DNA from: Amoebidium appalachense
Taxonomy: Eukaryota; Protista; Ichthyosporea
Reading direction: 5' to 3'
Assembly (NCBI GenBank): GCA_963693365.1
Contig: CAVNZM010000001.1
Span: forward strand, 2,062,907 to 2,126,906
DNA length: 64,000 bases
A model generated the notes under the pieces. That model had not been told where the DNA came from and did not search any database. It saw only the letters and a list, made by a program, of their open reading frames with translations. This document shows, piece by piece, positions 38,044 through 50,928 of the stretch (positions within the stretch are counted from its first letter, which is position 1; the number at the start of each line of letters is the position of its first letter). The position numbers and the translations under genes are program-made.

Positions 38044-41000
38044 TGTTTAATTGTATAAGTATTTGGGATGTAAGCAGAGACACAGTGGTGCAGTGTGAAA
38101 ACACCACAGACACACACAACAACAAAACACGGAGCGATCGGAGAAGTGTACACAACAGACATCAATGTTTAGACACGACTGAACTCAATTTATTTTGATC
38201 GCTAATAAATACCTGAAATTCCCTTAAGTTAAATCCATACATGATTTCCGACCAGTCGGAAATCAGATCTATGTCTAAAATAACCAATCACAATTAACTG
38301 ATTATTTCCCGGATAGATCCGGAGGCACAGGAACGCACACCATAGGTCACAGCTATAAGAAAGAAAAGAGGTGAAGAGTAACGAGGAAAGAGGTGATGTT
38401 TCTAACCTATCATCGGCTACAAAGACTCAGACATTTTCTGACTAAGTCCACTGATTGGATATAGTACGGCAACACACAAAACAAAAGTGTTTGACTAAGC
38501 TATGAATCATACCTGACAAGCTAAAGTGTAGCCTAAGTGTTTTTCTACCAATCAAAACATAACGAGTAATATAAATCTACTCAACGTATATTAGTGAGAG
38601 AGAAATATAATTATGTGAAAGGAAACAAGAGAAGAAAGAAAGAGAAAAGAAAGAAGAAGAAAGAGGAAAAAGAAAAGAAAGCAGGACAGAAAACACGAAC
38701 AGCAAAACACAGTTATAACCGAAGATATTCATGTACACATAACATGTACACGTTTCTCCCTTACTGGGTAGACTCGTGTACCTATAATCAGTTGCTGTAA
38801 TCGATATCTAAACACACGAATATAGCCGACACAACACGATTACAAGTACTCAAATACACTGGAGATCGATCTCATAATTTACGTACAAGGAGCACATCTC
38901 TTTCACTAAGTGAATGAATGAAAACATAACACGAACTGAGAAGATCTTACAATATGTAAATACCACGTATTATAACATCCCCACTTAAGACTTTGAAGTT
39001 TGTGTTATCATATCCCCACTGAACTAGTGAAATCTCCCCACTTGAGAACAGAAACGGAAAAAAAAAAATTAAAGTTTGGACTTTTCCGGGGGGGGGGGGG
39101 GGGGGGGGGGGAAGGGGGGGGGGGGAGAGGGGGGGGGGGAGGGGGGGGGGGGGAAGGGGGGGGGGAAGGGGGGGGGGGGGGGGAGGGGGGGAGGAACCGG
39201 GGCAAAAACAACAAATATATATAACGTGTATAGTCGGGGTTTGTTTAACTGGGTTTTAAACCAGTGAAAGATAGAGGAGAGTGATGGTAAAGGTCAAACC
39301 TTATATATAAACCCTAAGTGGGCATACCCACAAAGGCAATACATATGAAATAATGATGATGATAAAGTAAGTAGTAAACATGAGAAAATTACTCTTGAAG
39401 TAGGTCGGGTCAATCCACAATATCCGGTAAACAAAGTCGAGCACGATGGTGGACATGACTCGGGCCGGGGAGGGGTTTGGTGAGGATGTCAGCTAAGTTG
39501 TGGGCTGACTCAACGTAGTGGACAACCACATCCCCACTGGCAATGTAGTCCTTGGTGTTGTGATACCGGACGGCAATGTGTTTGGTACGGTGCTTGATGC
39601 CGGTGGAGTTGACGATGGCAATGGTCGACTGGTTGTCACAGTACACCGGAGTCGGAGCAAGCATGGGACAGCCGAGTTCCTTGAAGAGGTCACGGACCCA
39701 AGCAACTTCTTGGGTGCCAGCATTGAGAGCAATCAGCTCAGCTTCAGTGGTGCTGGTGGCCGTGATGGGCTGGAGCTTGGAGTACCAGATGATGGGCATA
39801 CCAGCAAACTCGATAATGTAGCCGGTGGTAGACTTCTTGCTGTCGGCACAACCAGCAAAGTCAGCATCCGTGTAGCATTCGAGTATGGGGGACTGGGTGG
39901 CCGAGTACTTGTAGTCAATGCCAAGGTCAATGGTGCCGAGCAGGTACCGGGCCACACGACGGAGAAGGTCCCAGTGAGTCTTGCCGGGGTTGGTGCTGAA
40001 CCGACCAAGGAAGCCGATGGCATAGGCAATGTCGGGACGTGTGCACCGTGCCACCCAGAGGAGACGGCCGAGTAACTCACGGTAGGGCACGGTGAACGGT
40101 TGGGGGGGGCAGTCAGCCAGGGAGACGGTGGTGCCTGCAGGGATGGGGGTAGACTTGGACTTGGCATCGGTGAGGTTGAAGTCGTGGATGATATCCATGA
40201 TGTAAGACCTCTGGTGCATGTGGAGGTGATGGGGATCAGAGTGATTAAAATCAACACCGAGCATACGGTCAAATGGACTCATACGACAGCTGGCCATCTT
40301 GCTGATGTGGGCAGCCAGGTCACTGGCAGCAGTAGAACCCCGGGTGTTGGTGATGGTGGAGTCGTCGACGTAGTTACCAGCCCGAACCACATCGTTGTTG
40401 GGGAAGAACCGGAGGTAGATGCACGGGTCGGTCTTAGTACGGGTCAGGCCATGGGCAAGAAGAATGCCGTCGAGGAAGTCGTACCAAGCCTTGGAGGCTT
40501 GCTTGAGGCCGTACAGGGCTTTCTTGAGTCTCCAGACCTTGCCAAGTGTGGCCATGGTGATGAATCCCGGGGGTTGTTTCATGTAGATGGTCTCGGTGAG
40601 TGGGCTGTTGAGAAAGGCCGTAGACACGTCGAGTTGATGGATGTCATGACCTTCAACAACAGCCAGAGCTAGGATGGCACGAAGAGCAGCCGGACGGATG
40701 ACAGGGCTCTCAATCAACTCATAGTCAACACCGTATTGCTGACTGAAGCCTTGAGCAACACCACGTGCCTTGATCTTGGTGTCACCAGCCGAGTTGAGAG
40801 TTTTCTCGGAGACAATCCACTTGAAGCCGACGATGTTAGCACCAGGGGGAGGGTCAACAAGTTCAAAGATGTCTTTGTCGACGAAGGCTTGATATTCAGC
40901 AGTCAGGGCTGACTTGACCTGGTCACCATTGGGTCCGGAACACAGTTGACGGACAAGTTTGGGTAGTTGGTCGATGTTGATGGGGGGACCGGGGGGGACG

Positions 41001-43350
41001 GGGAGGGTGGTGGTGGCTTGAAGTCCAACCTTGCCCTGTAGACGGGCAGAACGACGGGGTGCAGGGACCGGGGGAGGTGGAGATGGTGGGGGGGGAACTT
41101 GGAAGTTCGGAAGTGCAGGGGGGGCAACCTCCGGGCTGGACGGGGCCGAGTGGAAGTTGTCGGGGGAGCCGGGTCGGATGGGTGTGACGTTGCCAGGGGC
41201 AGGATGAGGGTCGGCAGGCTGGACGGGCACGGGGGCAGGGGGGCCGGTGGGGGGGGGGGTGTCGGGGGAACGACGATGGCAGGAGGGGGGCCAGAGTACA
41301 CCAGACAAACATCATCTTCAGTGTCAACTGTGGTGGATGGGGTGGTCGAGGTAGCAGTGGTGTCGGGGGTCGGAAGTGTTGATGGAATGTCGGACGGGAG
41401 ATAAGCTGATTTGTCGAAAATCACGTCACGGAAGAGGCCGACACGATGGGTGGTGGAATTGAAGATCCGGTGGCAGTGTGATTGAAGATCATAGCCGATA
41501 TACATGCCGAGTTTGACAGTGGGGGCCAGCTTGTTCCGTTTAGAGGCTGGCACGTGAGTGTAGGCAGAGCAACCGACACTTTGAGCTCGGAGATGTCGGG
41601 CTTGACACCGTAGAAAACCTCGAATGGTGTACGACCATTGGCAGTCGTGGACGGGGGACGTTGATGATGTAGGCGGCATGTTGGAGGGCCTCAGCCCACA
41701 GTTTGGGGGACAGAGACTGGTCTTGGACTTGATGGAGGAGGCAACGGACATCTCTTGGAGGAACCTCCTACGACGTTCAACAAGCCGTTCAGTTGAGGGC
41801 AGTCCACCGGAGCATAGCTGGCCTTGATGCCCTGGGAGAGGCAAAAAGCACGGTTAGCCTTGGAGGTGAACTCAGAGCCGGAGTCGAAGTGGTAGACACC
41901 AACTTTGGAGGGGGCATGGGTGGCAACGAGGTTGGTGTGAGCGGAGAATGTCAGGGTGTGGTACGGTCGGCCATGGGTAGAGACGAGTCAGAGGCACGGC
42001 AGACAGTGAGAGCCGGAACCTCCGTACGAGGGGGTAGGCTCAAAAAAATCCCAATGCCATCAGACCGGGGATGGAGGAGGACGGCACCCGAACGGAGCCT
42101 GTACCCAAAGCAGCAGACAACAGAACACACAGGAGAAAGAGGAACAGGCCCCCACAGCAGCCCCCCGCGTCTCAGGTGAGAAGTTAGTATGAGTTAGTAG
42201 GAGTAAAACTGAAGAGTAAAAACGGGTCAGCGCCAGCGCGCCACGACGACCCAGTCACAGCGGACTACTAAAATAAAAGGTCGGTTCACATGTTGACGGT
42301 ATAGGTGCCCCAGAGATGTCCAGAGAGGAGCAGAGAGGAGAGAGTGGGTGTGGTGGTGTGAGGGAGAGAGAAGGAGGGGAGGAGGAAAGTAGGGAGGAAG
42401 GGGGGTGGGTAGGGATAGGCAGGGGCAGAGCACGTATGCGGCGCTCCCTCCAGACGCTTTTGCTGGGTTGGGAGCGGGCGCATCCGTTAATTGTATAAGT
42501 ATTTGGGAGAAGCAGAGACACAGTGGTGCGGAAACCCACAGCACACACAACAACAAAACACGGAGCGATCGGAGAAGTGTACACAACAGACATCAATGTA
42601 GACACGTGAACTCAATTATTTTGTCGCTATATACCTGAAATTCCCTTAATTAAATCCATACATGATTTCCGACCAGTGGAAACAGATCTATTCTAAAATA
42701 ACCAATCACAATTAACTGATTATTTCCCGGATAGATCCGGAGGCACAGGAACGCACACCATAGGTCACAGCTATAAGAAAGAAAAGAGGTGAGAGTAACG
42801 AGGAAAGAGGGATGTTTCTAACCTATCATCGGCTACAAAGACCAGACATTTTCTGACTAAGTCCACTGATTGGATATAGTACGGCAACACACAAAACAAA
42901 AGTGTTTGACTAAGCTATGAATCATACCTGACAAGCTAAAGTGTAGCCTAAGTGTTTTTCTACCAATCAAAACATAACGAGTAATATAAATCTACTCAAC
43001 GTATATTAGTGAGAGAGAAATATAATTATGTGAAAGGAAACAAGAGAAGAAAGAAAGAGAAAAGAAAGAAGAAGAAAGAGGAAAAAGAAAAGAAAGCAGG
43101 ACAGAAAACACGAACAGCAAAACACAGTTATAACCGAAGATATTCATGTACACATAACATGTACACGTCTCCCGTACTGGGTAGACTCGACCAAACAGTG
43201 CTGTAACGAACTAAACACACGATATAGCCGACACAACACGATACAAGTACTCAAACAGAGACGACTCAAATTTACGTACAAGGAGCACATCTCTCACAAG
43301 GAAGAGAAAACATAACACGAACGAGAAGAAAAAGTAAATACCACGAATAA
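38044..43350 (-). mobile_element. Copia-A element with variant LTRs (A2); 5' half degraded
   Basis: 3' LTR 38044-38977, PPT, pol; second A2 LTR about 42486-43350. Confidence 0.82.
39410..41308 (-). CDS. pol: Copia-A Pol RT and RNase H (intact segment of a broken polyprotein)
   Basis: HQLDVSTAFLN, LKKALYGLKQA, NYVDD, YTDADFAG, ADILTKPL. Confidence 0.9.
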   Translation of the reverse strand: MSGVLWPPSCHRRSPDTPPPTGPPAPVPVQPADPHPAPGNVTPIRPGSPDNFHSAPSSPEVAPPALPNFQVPPPPSPPPPVPAPRRSARLQGKVGLQATTTLPVPPGPPINIDQLPKLVRQLCSGPNGDQVKSALTAEYQAFVDKDIFELVDPPPGANIVGFKWIVSEKTLNSAGDTKIKARGVAQGFSQQYGVDYELIESPVIRPAALRAILALAVVEGHDIHQLDVSTAFLNSPLTETIYMKQPPGFITMATLGKVWRLKKALYGLKQASKAWYDFLDGILLAHGLTRTKTDPCIYLRFFPNNDVVRAGNYVDDSTITNTRGSTAASDLAAHISKMASCRMSPFDRMLGVDFNHSDPHHLHMHQRSYIMDIIHDFNLTDAKSKSTPIPAGTTVSLADCPPQPFTVPYRELLGRLLWVARCTRPDIAYAIGFLGRFSTNPGKTHWDLLRRVARYLLGTIDLGIDYKYSATQSPILECYTDADFAGCADSKKSTTGYIIEFAGMPIIWYSKLQPITATSTTEAELIALNAGTQEVAWVRDLFKELGCPMLAPTPVYCDNQSTIAIVNSTGIKHRTKHIAVRYHNTKDYIASGDVVVHYVESAHNLADILTKPLPGPSHVHHRARLCLPDIVD

Positions 43351-43472
43351 CAGGGGGAGCCGCCCGCCCCAGCGGGAGGCCACCGCCAGGCCCCGGGCCC
43401 CCCTAACAAAATGGGGGGAAAAAAAAAAAAAAAAAAAAAAAGAAGTTGTGATGTGATGATAGTTTGTGGGGT

Positions 43473-43505
<33 letters not shown>

Positions 43506-43506
<1 letters not shown>

Positions 43507-44270
43507 GTTGGACATTGTGTTCATAGAAGCTAGTTCTAGTGCACGTTGTTCCTTCTGTAAGTCAGAAATGATTGCATCTTGTGAGGCCAACCTCTGCTCC
43601 AGTAGTTGGACTAGTTGCTGCAACTGTAAGTTGTCAGACATAGTGTCGTGTATGATGGGTAACTAGTCTATGTGTTTTGTGCACTGGAAACGACAGTAGA
43701 AAAGTGTAAATCAAACGTTCTGCTTCCCATGTTTGTGACATGGGAGGCACTGCTTTATATAGTCGTTGGCCACCTCATGGTGGCCTCGTGTGCACCCTGG
43801 TGGTGGGCCATGTACAGCATGGCCGAAAAGAGAGCACAATGAAAACAAGTCGTTAAAGATATAAAAGTTAACTGTGCACGTTGAGTGGCTAGTTAACTTG
43901 CACTAAAGCACACAAATAAACGTGTTTAACACACCAATTGCAGTTAAACGTAAATCTTGCTTCACACAACTAAAAATATTCTGAGAATATCCGGGAATAA
44001 AGCACACTACCACTCTAAGAATAGAATCCTGTGGCAAATATAGACATGACATCATCTGAACCGGGAATATTAATTAATGAGCACAATTAGCACGTTGCTA
44101 GTGAAGCTCGTCATTGGTACAGTTTTGGCTCAAACATATAACTACCATATATGAATATGACCGTAAACAAAAGCTCTATGCACTCGAGTGAGTGTTGAAA
44201 CAGTTATTCAATTGCTCAGAAACTTTCTCTAACAGACATTGCTAGCCGGGAGTACCAGTGTACTCCAACA
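43506..44270 (-). repeat. LTR-C, 3'
   Basis: 765-bp direct repeat of 48446-49207. Confidence 0.93.
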
Positions 44271-44455
44271 CCCCTACTCAATTGGATAATTGTGGTATGA
44301 ATTAATGCAACTGAGCTCGAGTGCTTCAGGTGCACAAAATACAGACAATAAAGATTCCCCTACTCAATTTTAGTATGGTACACGTAGTTGCACAGTCGGA
44401 TGCAACTCTCTCCCCCCCCTGAAGTATGAGGGCGCAGTTGGTTGATGACGGGTGC

Positions 44456-47400
44456 TCAGCACATGTTGAGCATCCCCACGGCCTTGGTGAAGAAAGAGGC
44501 AGACAGGGCCTTGGTGAACATGTCGGCCTTGTTGTCAGCAGAAGCCACCGGGACCACAGTGATGTTGCCCAGCAGGTGATGTTCCTTGACGGAGCAGTAG
44601 CGGACGTCGATGTGCTTGGTCTTGGGCTTAACCCCCAGGGTGTCCAGCAGGGCCCGGGCAGACTCATTGTCCCCATGGATGGGCACCGGGGTGGGCTCAT
44701 TGATAGGATTAAGGCCCAGGTCGTCCATCACATAGTTGAGCCATAGGGCCTCGTTCGTAGCAGCAGACATGGCCACAAATTCAGCCTCAGTGGAGCTGTG
44801 GGTGGTGATGGACTGGAGCCGAGACACCCAGGACACAGGGGAGGAGTTTATGAAGAAGACATAGCCCGTGGTGGAGCGCCGGGTGTCGCGGTCCTCGGCG
44901 TAGTCGGAGTCGGAGTAGCCAACAAGGTTGGGGGGGCCGGGACGGTAGACAATACCCAGGTCGATGGTGGCCAGCAGGTAGCTTACAACTCTGGTAGCCA
45001 TAGTCCAGTGGGTGACGGTGGGCGCATGAATGTGTCGAGTAAGGACTCCCAGAGCCTGGGAAATGTCGGGGCGGGTGGTACGCGCAATCCACAGCAGGGC
45101 ACCGACCAGGCTGGCATAGTCCTCCTTCTTGCTGTAGGCTGGGGTCTTGTTGCTTTCACTGGCCTGGCCCGGGACGATGGGGGTCTTGGTGCCGGACATG
45201 TGGGTGAGACGAAAACGGGCAGCCAAGTCGATGATGTGTTGACGATGGCCCAGACGCAGAGACCCGTCCTCCAGCCAGGTAAGAGTGTGCCCGATGAGCA
45301 GGGTAGGACGACCCAGGTCCTTGGCAGAGAAACGAGCATCCAGCTTGGTGAAAAAATCGTCGATGAGCGCATCAGTGGCGGCCGTCACGGTGAAGTCATC
45401 CACGTAGGCAGCAAGGGCAATAAATGTTGGGGTCCCGGCATTCTTGATGAACAGGCACGGGTCAGCAGCACTCACAATGAAGCCTTGGTCGAGGAGATGG
45501 TCACGGAGGGCCTCATACCACTGGCGCGGTGCCTGTTTTAGGCCGTAGAGCGCCTTGTGGAGCAAGCCGACAGCATGGGGGGCCGAGGGGTTGACGAAGC
45601 CAGGGGGCTGCTCAATGTAGATGGTCTCGTTGACGGTGCCGTTGAGGAATGCTGTGTTGACGTCGATGTGGCGCAGAGGCAGACCTTGGGCCACGGAGGT
45701 AGCCAAAACCAGCCGGATGGTAGCCAGCGCAGCCACAGGTGACTCGGTGACGAAATAGTCCTGGCCAGGCTGCTGGTAGTTGCCCCGGGCCACAAGCCGG
45801 GCCTTGAAAGCAGTGACGTTGCCGACGTTGTCCTGCTTGACCGTAAAGACCCAGCCGACCGGAATGACAGTGGAGCCATCCTCTGGACGGGGCACAAGGG
45901 TGAAGGTGCCGTTGTCTTCCAGGGCCTTGAGCTCACGGTGTGCAGCCTCCTCCCATTTCAGACGCTGGGGACTCTTGAGTGCAGCCCGGACAGTCTTGGG
46001 GACAACAATGGTGGAAGCCTTGATGGGTGTTGATGCAGGAGCCGTAGCCTGGGGGGCAAGGGGGGCCGTAGCAGCAGCCACGTTGGCAGTCGGGCCTCGA
46101 CGTTGGTCGTTGTACACAGCGCCACTACGGGTCGTCCGGGGGAGCCGATGTGCAGGCTCGGGCAGGATCGGAATGTCCAATTGATCACTCGGCGCTGTCC
46201 CATTGGCTGACAGACGAGACGAATCAGATTGCTGATCATTCCGGACGATGTGATTGGCTGGCTGATTTGACGAATCAGATGACTCCAAAAAATGATGAAT
46301 TGCCGGTGCGGTCGACCAATCAGATGGGACATCACGGAGGGGGTGCAGAATAGCAGCCTCGTCGAACTGCACGTCACGGCTGACGGTCATCTTGTGTGCT
46401 GCTGGAATCCAGACCTTGTAGCCCTTGATGTTAGGAGGGTAGCCCACGAAGATGCCCTTGACGGCACGAGGCGCCAGTTTCGGTGTATCCTGTTGATGGA
46501 CGTAGCAGGGAGAGCCCCAGACACGGAGCCGGCTGTAGTCGGGAGGAATGCCGGTCCACAGCAGGGCGGGAGACGATTGGCTGCCGGTGGCTCGCGACGG
46601 GAGCATGTTGCGTATAAAAGCCGCGGTCACAGCTGCCTCGGCCCAGAATCCCACCGGAAGGCCGGACTGCTGCAGGAGTGCCCGAACCATGTCGAGGAGG
46701 GTCCGGTTCAGTCGTTCGGCAGTCCCATTCTGTTGAGGAGAGCCGGTGGTAGTGATCTGATGGCGAATGCCATGCTCACGGTTGTAGTCCCCGAAGGCCG
46801 TGCCCATGTACTCGCCCCCCCGTCGGACTGAAACACCTGCATGGGAACACCGTGTTGGGTAACCGCCGCCTTGTGGTACGTCACATATGCAGCCAGTGTG
46901 TCCGACTTCTTGACGAGGGGCACGGCCGTGGTGTGGCCGGTGAATTCGTCGTGGAACGTCGCCAAGTACTGAGCACCACCGATCGCGGGAGGGAAGGGGC
47001 CGCTGATGTCGCTGTGAACCTTGGCTAGGACCCGGGGAGCTTGGCTAGTTGATTCGGAGAAGGCAACACGGTGGGCTTTGCCGAGGGCACAGGGCTCACA
47101 CACACCCGGAGACTTGGCACCGCCACCCACCAACAGGCCTGCAGACTTGATGACCGAGCGTACAGCGTCAATGCCAGCATGGCCCAGACGGTAGTGCCAC
47201 GTGTTGAGGTCGGCAGTAACCTTGAGGATACGCGGAGCAGTGGTGGTTTGGGCGTCCGGGGTTGTGTCCGCGCGCAGAAGAGACACCGCCATGTGGTACA
47301 GCTTGGTGCCGACAGCCGAGCCGGTGGCCAGAATTTGATCGCCGTAGCACAACTTAACGCCGCCGCGGGTGTCAAAGCGGGGTAAAACACCGTTGGTAGT

Positions 47401-48581
47401 TGCCGTGAACACACTGATGAGAGTGTCGGGGATGGAGGGCACGTAGAGTACATCCGTCAGCTGATGCACCGCAGTAACGCCGTCGATGGTGCTGGAAAAG
47501 AACACGTCGCCCACCCCAAGCACTGCACATGCACCCTTGTCGGCTACTTGGACCGTGGAGTAAGGCGCCGCACGCATGTTGATGAACACATCGGGCCGGG
47601 GGCACACATGGTCAGTGGCTCCAGAGTCGAGGAGCACCTTGTTGGTGCCACAGTCGTTGCTAGACATGAGGAAAGCCCGGGGAGCGGCAGCCCCCCCCTT
47701 GCACTGTGCCGTAGTGTGGGTAGTAGAGGCAGGGTGGTTGATGCAGGACCCAGGCGGGAGGGGACCACCCTTAGGTTTGCGGCCGTTGGCACGGTTGCCC
47801 CCCTTGCACATGGCGGTAGTGTGACTGGTAGACAGTGGGTGGTGGGTTGGGGGGTGTTTGTGGTCTCATATGCCCGTAGCTGTTGGAGGAGGCCCATCAC
47901 GGTAGGCTTGGGTGTCATCTTGTAGGCAATTACAGGCATTTCGTAGTAAGGCACCTTGCCGAGGTCGTTGGTGAGCTTGGTCAGCACTTGAGCATCACCA
48001 ATTTGTGTGCCGTAATCGGCCAGGCGCCGCACGTAGCCGCGGAGTTTCATGGCGTATTTCGTCGCGGTGTCCGTAGGTTCAGGCGTAGAATTCATGTACA
48101 GCCCGATAAGGTCGTACTGATTGGCCTCAGATTGCTCCAGGTAGTGGGCAGATAGGGCCGACCATATCTCCGCAGGTGTGGTGGTGCGTGTTAACCCTAG
48201 GATACAACGCACGTCAATCGAGAGTGCTTGCCACAGGTAGGAACGGGCAGTGTCGACCTGTTCACGGGTAGCCGGGTGCTCCGTACTGGGCGCGATGGTG
48301 TGGAGAAGACCAGCACCAGAAAGCTGGACATACATGGTTTCGGCCCATGTGTGGTAGTCCGTGCCTGAATCATTATCAATGCCAGTGAAGAGAGGGATGT
48401 CGACCTTGAACTTGATGGAATCATTACGTGAGGGGCCCATAACCCTGTTGGACATTGTGTTCATAGAAGCTAGTTCTAGTGCACGTTGTTCCTTCTGTAA
48501 GTCAGAAATGATTGCATCTTGTGAGGCCAACCTCTGCTCCAGTAGTTGGACTAGTTGCTGCAACTGTAAGTTGTCAGACAT
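44456..48581 (-). CDS. Copia-C Gag-Pol polyprotein (two frameshifts near 47830 and 46815, possibly sequencing errors)
   Basis: LLDSGATDH, WHYRLGH...CEPC, PQQNGTAERLNRTL, KARLVARG, AYVDDF, YSDSDYA, ADMFTKAL. Confidence 0.9.
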
Positions 48582-49207
48582 AGTGTCGTGTATGATGGGT
48601 AACTAGTCTATGTGTTTTGTGCACTGGAAACGACAGTAGAAAGGTGTAAATCAAACGTTCTGCTTCCCATGTTTGTGACATGGGAGGCACTGCTTTATAT
48701 AGTCGTTGGCCACCTCATGGTGGCCTCGTGTGCACCCTGGTGGTGGGCCATGTACAGCATGGCCGAAAAGAGAGCACAATGAAAACAAGTCGTTAAAGAT
48801 ATAAAAGTTAACTGTGCACGTTGAGTGGCTAGTTAACTTGCACTAAAGCACACAAATAAACGTGTTTAACACACCAATTGCAGTTAAACGTAAATATTAC
48901 TTCACACAACTAAAAATATTCTGAGAATATCCGGGAATAAAGCACACTACCACTCTAAGAATAGAATCCTGTGGCAAATATAGACATGACATCATCTGAA
49001 CCGGGAATATTAATTAATGAGCACAATTAGCACGTTGCTAGTGAAGCTCGTCATTGGTACAGTTTTGGCTCAAACATATAACTACCATATATGAATATGA
49101 CCGTAAACAAAAGCTCTATGCACTCGAGTGAGTTTGAAACGTTATTCAATTGCTCAGAAACTTCTCTAACAGACATTGCTAGCCGGGAGTACCAGTGTAC
49201 TCCAACA
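48446..49207 (-). repeat. LTR-C, 5'
   Basis: PBS adjacent; contains the gag ATG. Confidence 0.93.
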
Positions 49208-50928
49208 GGAGAGGGGGGGGAGCGGAGAGCAGAGGGTGCTACAACACACAACCCCCCCCGCCCCGCCCCCCCCCCCACCCCCCCCAAACCCACGGGGAGG
49301 GGAGGGGGAGGGGGGGGGCCCCCCCCCCCCCCAAAGGAGACAGCCGGGCGGCAGGGCAGAGGCCAACGGAGCAGGGGGGGCGGGTCCCCCCACACCCGCC
49401 GCCGGGAGGGCACCGGCAGCCCAGCAGACGGGGAGGCCGAGAGGGGGGGCAGCGCAGGGGCGGACACGGGGGGGAGGAGCGAGGGAGGGGGGGGCAGAGC
49501 GAGCAGCGAGGGGGGCGAGAGAGAGAAAGGGGGGAAGAAGGGAAAAAGAAACTGCCTAAATAGCCAGAAGAAAGTGTTAGTAGAGGTAAGGGAAGGTGTG
49601 TGATCCCGGGGAGAGGGGGTGTGTGTGGGGGGGTGCGGGAGAGTGGATGTGGAAGGTGGGCAGGGAGGTCTGGGTGTTCGGATCAGAACAGGGGGGGTGT
49701 GTGGGGGGGTTGGAGGAGGTGGTGGAGTGTGATAGGGTGGGTGGGGGGAGGGGGGAGCTCGATGGGTGTGGTGTGTGGGGGGTGGGGTGTACCTAGCAGA
49801 ATTGGTACCGGGTCGTAGGTGGTGTGTGGGGGTGGGAGAAGGTGAGAGGGATGCAGGTGAGGGGGGGGGGGGGGGGGGGCAGAGGGGGGGTGGTTCAGGG
49901 GGGTGCAGGGGAGTGGGGGGGAGGGCGCAGGGAGACGCGGGCAGGAGGGGCCGGGTCGGGAGGAGGGGGGCGGGGGGAGGTAGGGGGGGGGGAGGACTGA
50001 GGTCCAAGGGGTGCCCCACAGGAGAGGGGGGAAGAGGGGGTGGGGGGTTGAAGAAAAGGATAAGAAAGAGAAAACTTAAGTAAGAGACCAGACCCTGAAT
50101 AAACGGAAAACTAAAAATATTAGCAATAGAAAACAACCTAAATATATAGTAGAAAAGATTAACACATGAAGACAAGGAGAGAAAGAAAAGAAAATAAGGA
50201 AGGAGAAAGAGGAAGGAAAAGAGAGCACAGATCAACAAACAAGATAGTAATAGCATAACTATAACCAGAGATATTTAGTACACACGAAATGTACACGTCT
50301 CTCCCTGAGTGGGTGGATCCGTGTACACACATATAAATATTCTAATCGATATTACAATACACGATTAAAGCCGATACAACACGATTACAAGTATACAAGC
50401 ATATCGGAATCGATGCTACACTTTACATAATAGGAGTGTGGCATTTACACTAAGCATATGAACTGAAACATAACACAAACTGAGAAGATCTTACCATATG
50501 TAAATACTACGTATTACAACATCCCCACTTAAGACTTTGAAGTTTGTGTTATCATATCCCCACTGAACTAGTGAAATCTCCCCACTTGAGAACAGAAACG
50601 GAAAAAAAAAAAATTAAAGTGTGTACTTTTCCGGGGGGGGGGGGGGGGAGAAGGGGGGGGGGGGGGAAGGGGGGGGAAGGGGGGGGGAAGGGGGGGGGGA
50701 GGGGGGGGGAAGGAACCGGGGCAAAAACAACGAATATATATAACGTGTATAGGCGGTGTTTGATTAACTGGGTTTTAAACCAGTGAAAGATAGAGTAGAG
50801 TGATGGTACAGGTCAAACCTTATATATAAACCCTAAGTGGGCATACCCACAAAGGCAATACATATGATATAATGATGTTGATAAAGTAAGTAGTACACAT
50901 GAGAAAATCACTCTTGAAGTAGGTCGGG

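Larger units (their letters stand above)
43506..49207 (-). mobile_element. Ty1/Copia family C, full-length element
   Basis: LTRs 48446-49207 and 43506-44270 (TGTTGGA...TCCAACA), PBS GGTTATGGGCCC, PPT GAGTAGGGG. Confidence 0.95.

Noticed and set aside
41560-43505. Apparent novel sequence inside the A2 element
   Set aside because: Progressive deletion-rich decay of Copia-A sequence typical of poor read consensus
46805-46830. Programmed frameshifts in Copia pol genes
   Set aside because: Shifts sit at G/C homopolymers and differ between copies; Copia gag-pol is usually one frame
49208-50130. G-rich stretch with a 401-aa Pro-rich ORF
   Set aside because: Grades into LTR-A and looks like low-quality consensus; no domain features
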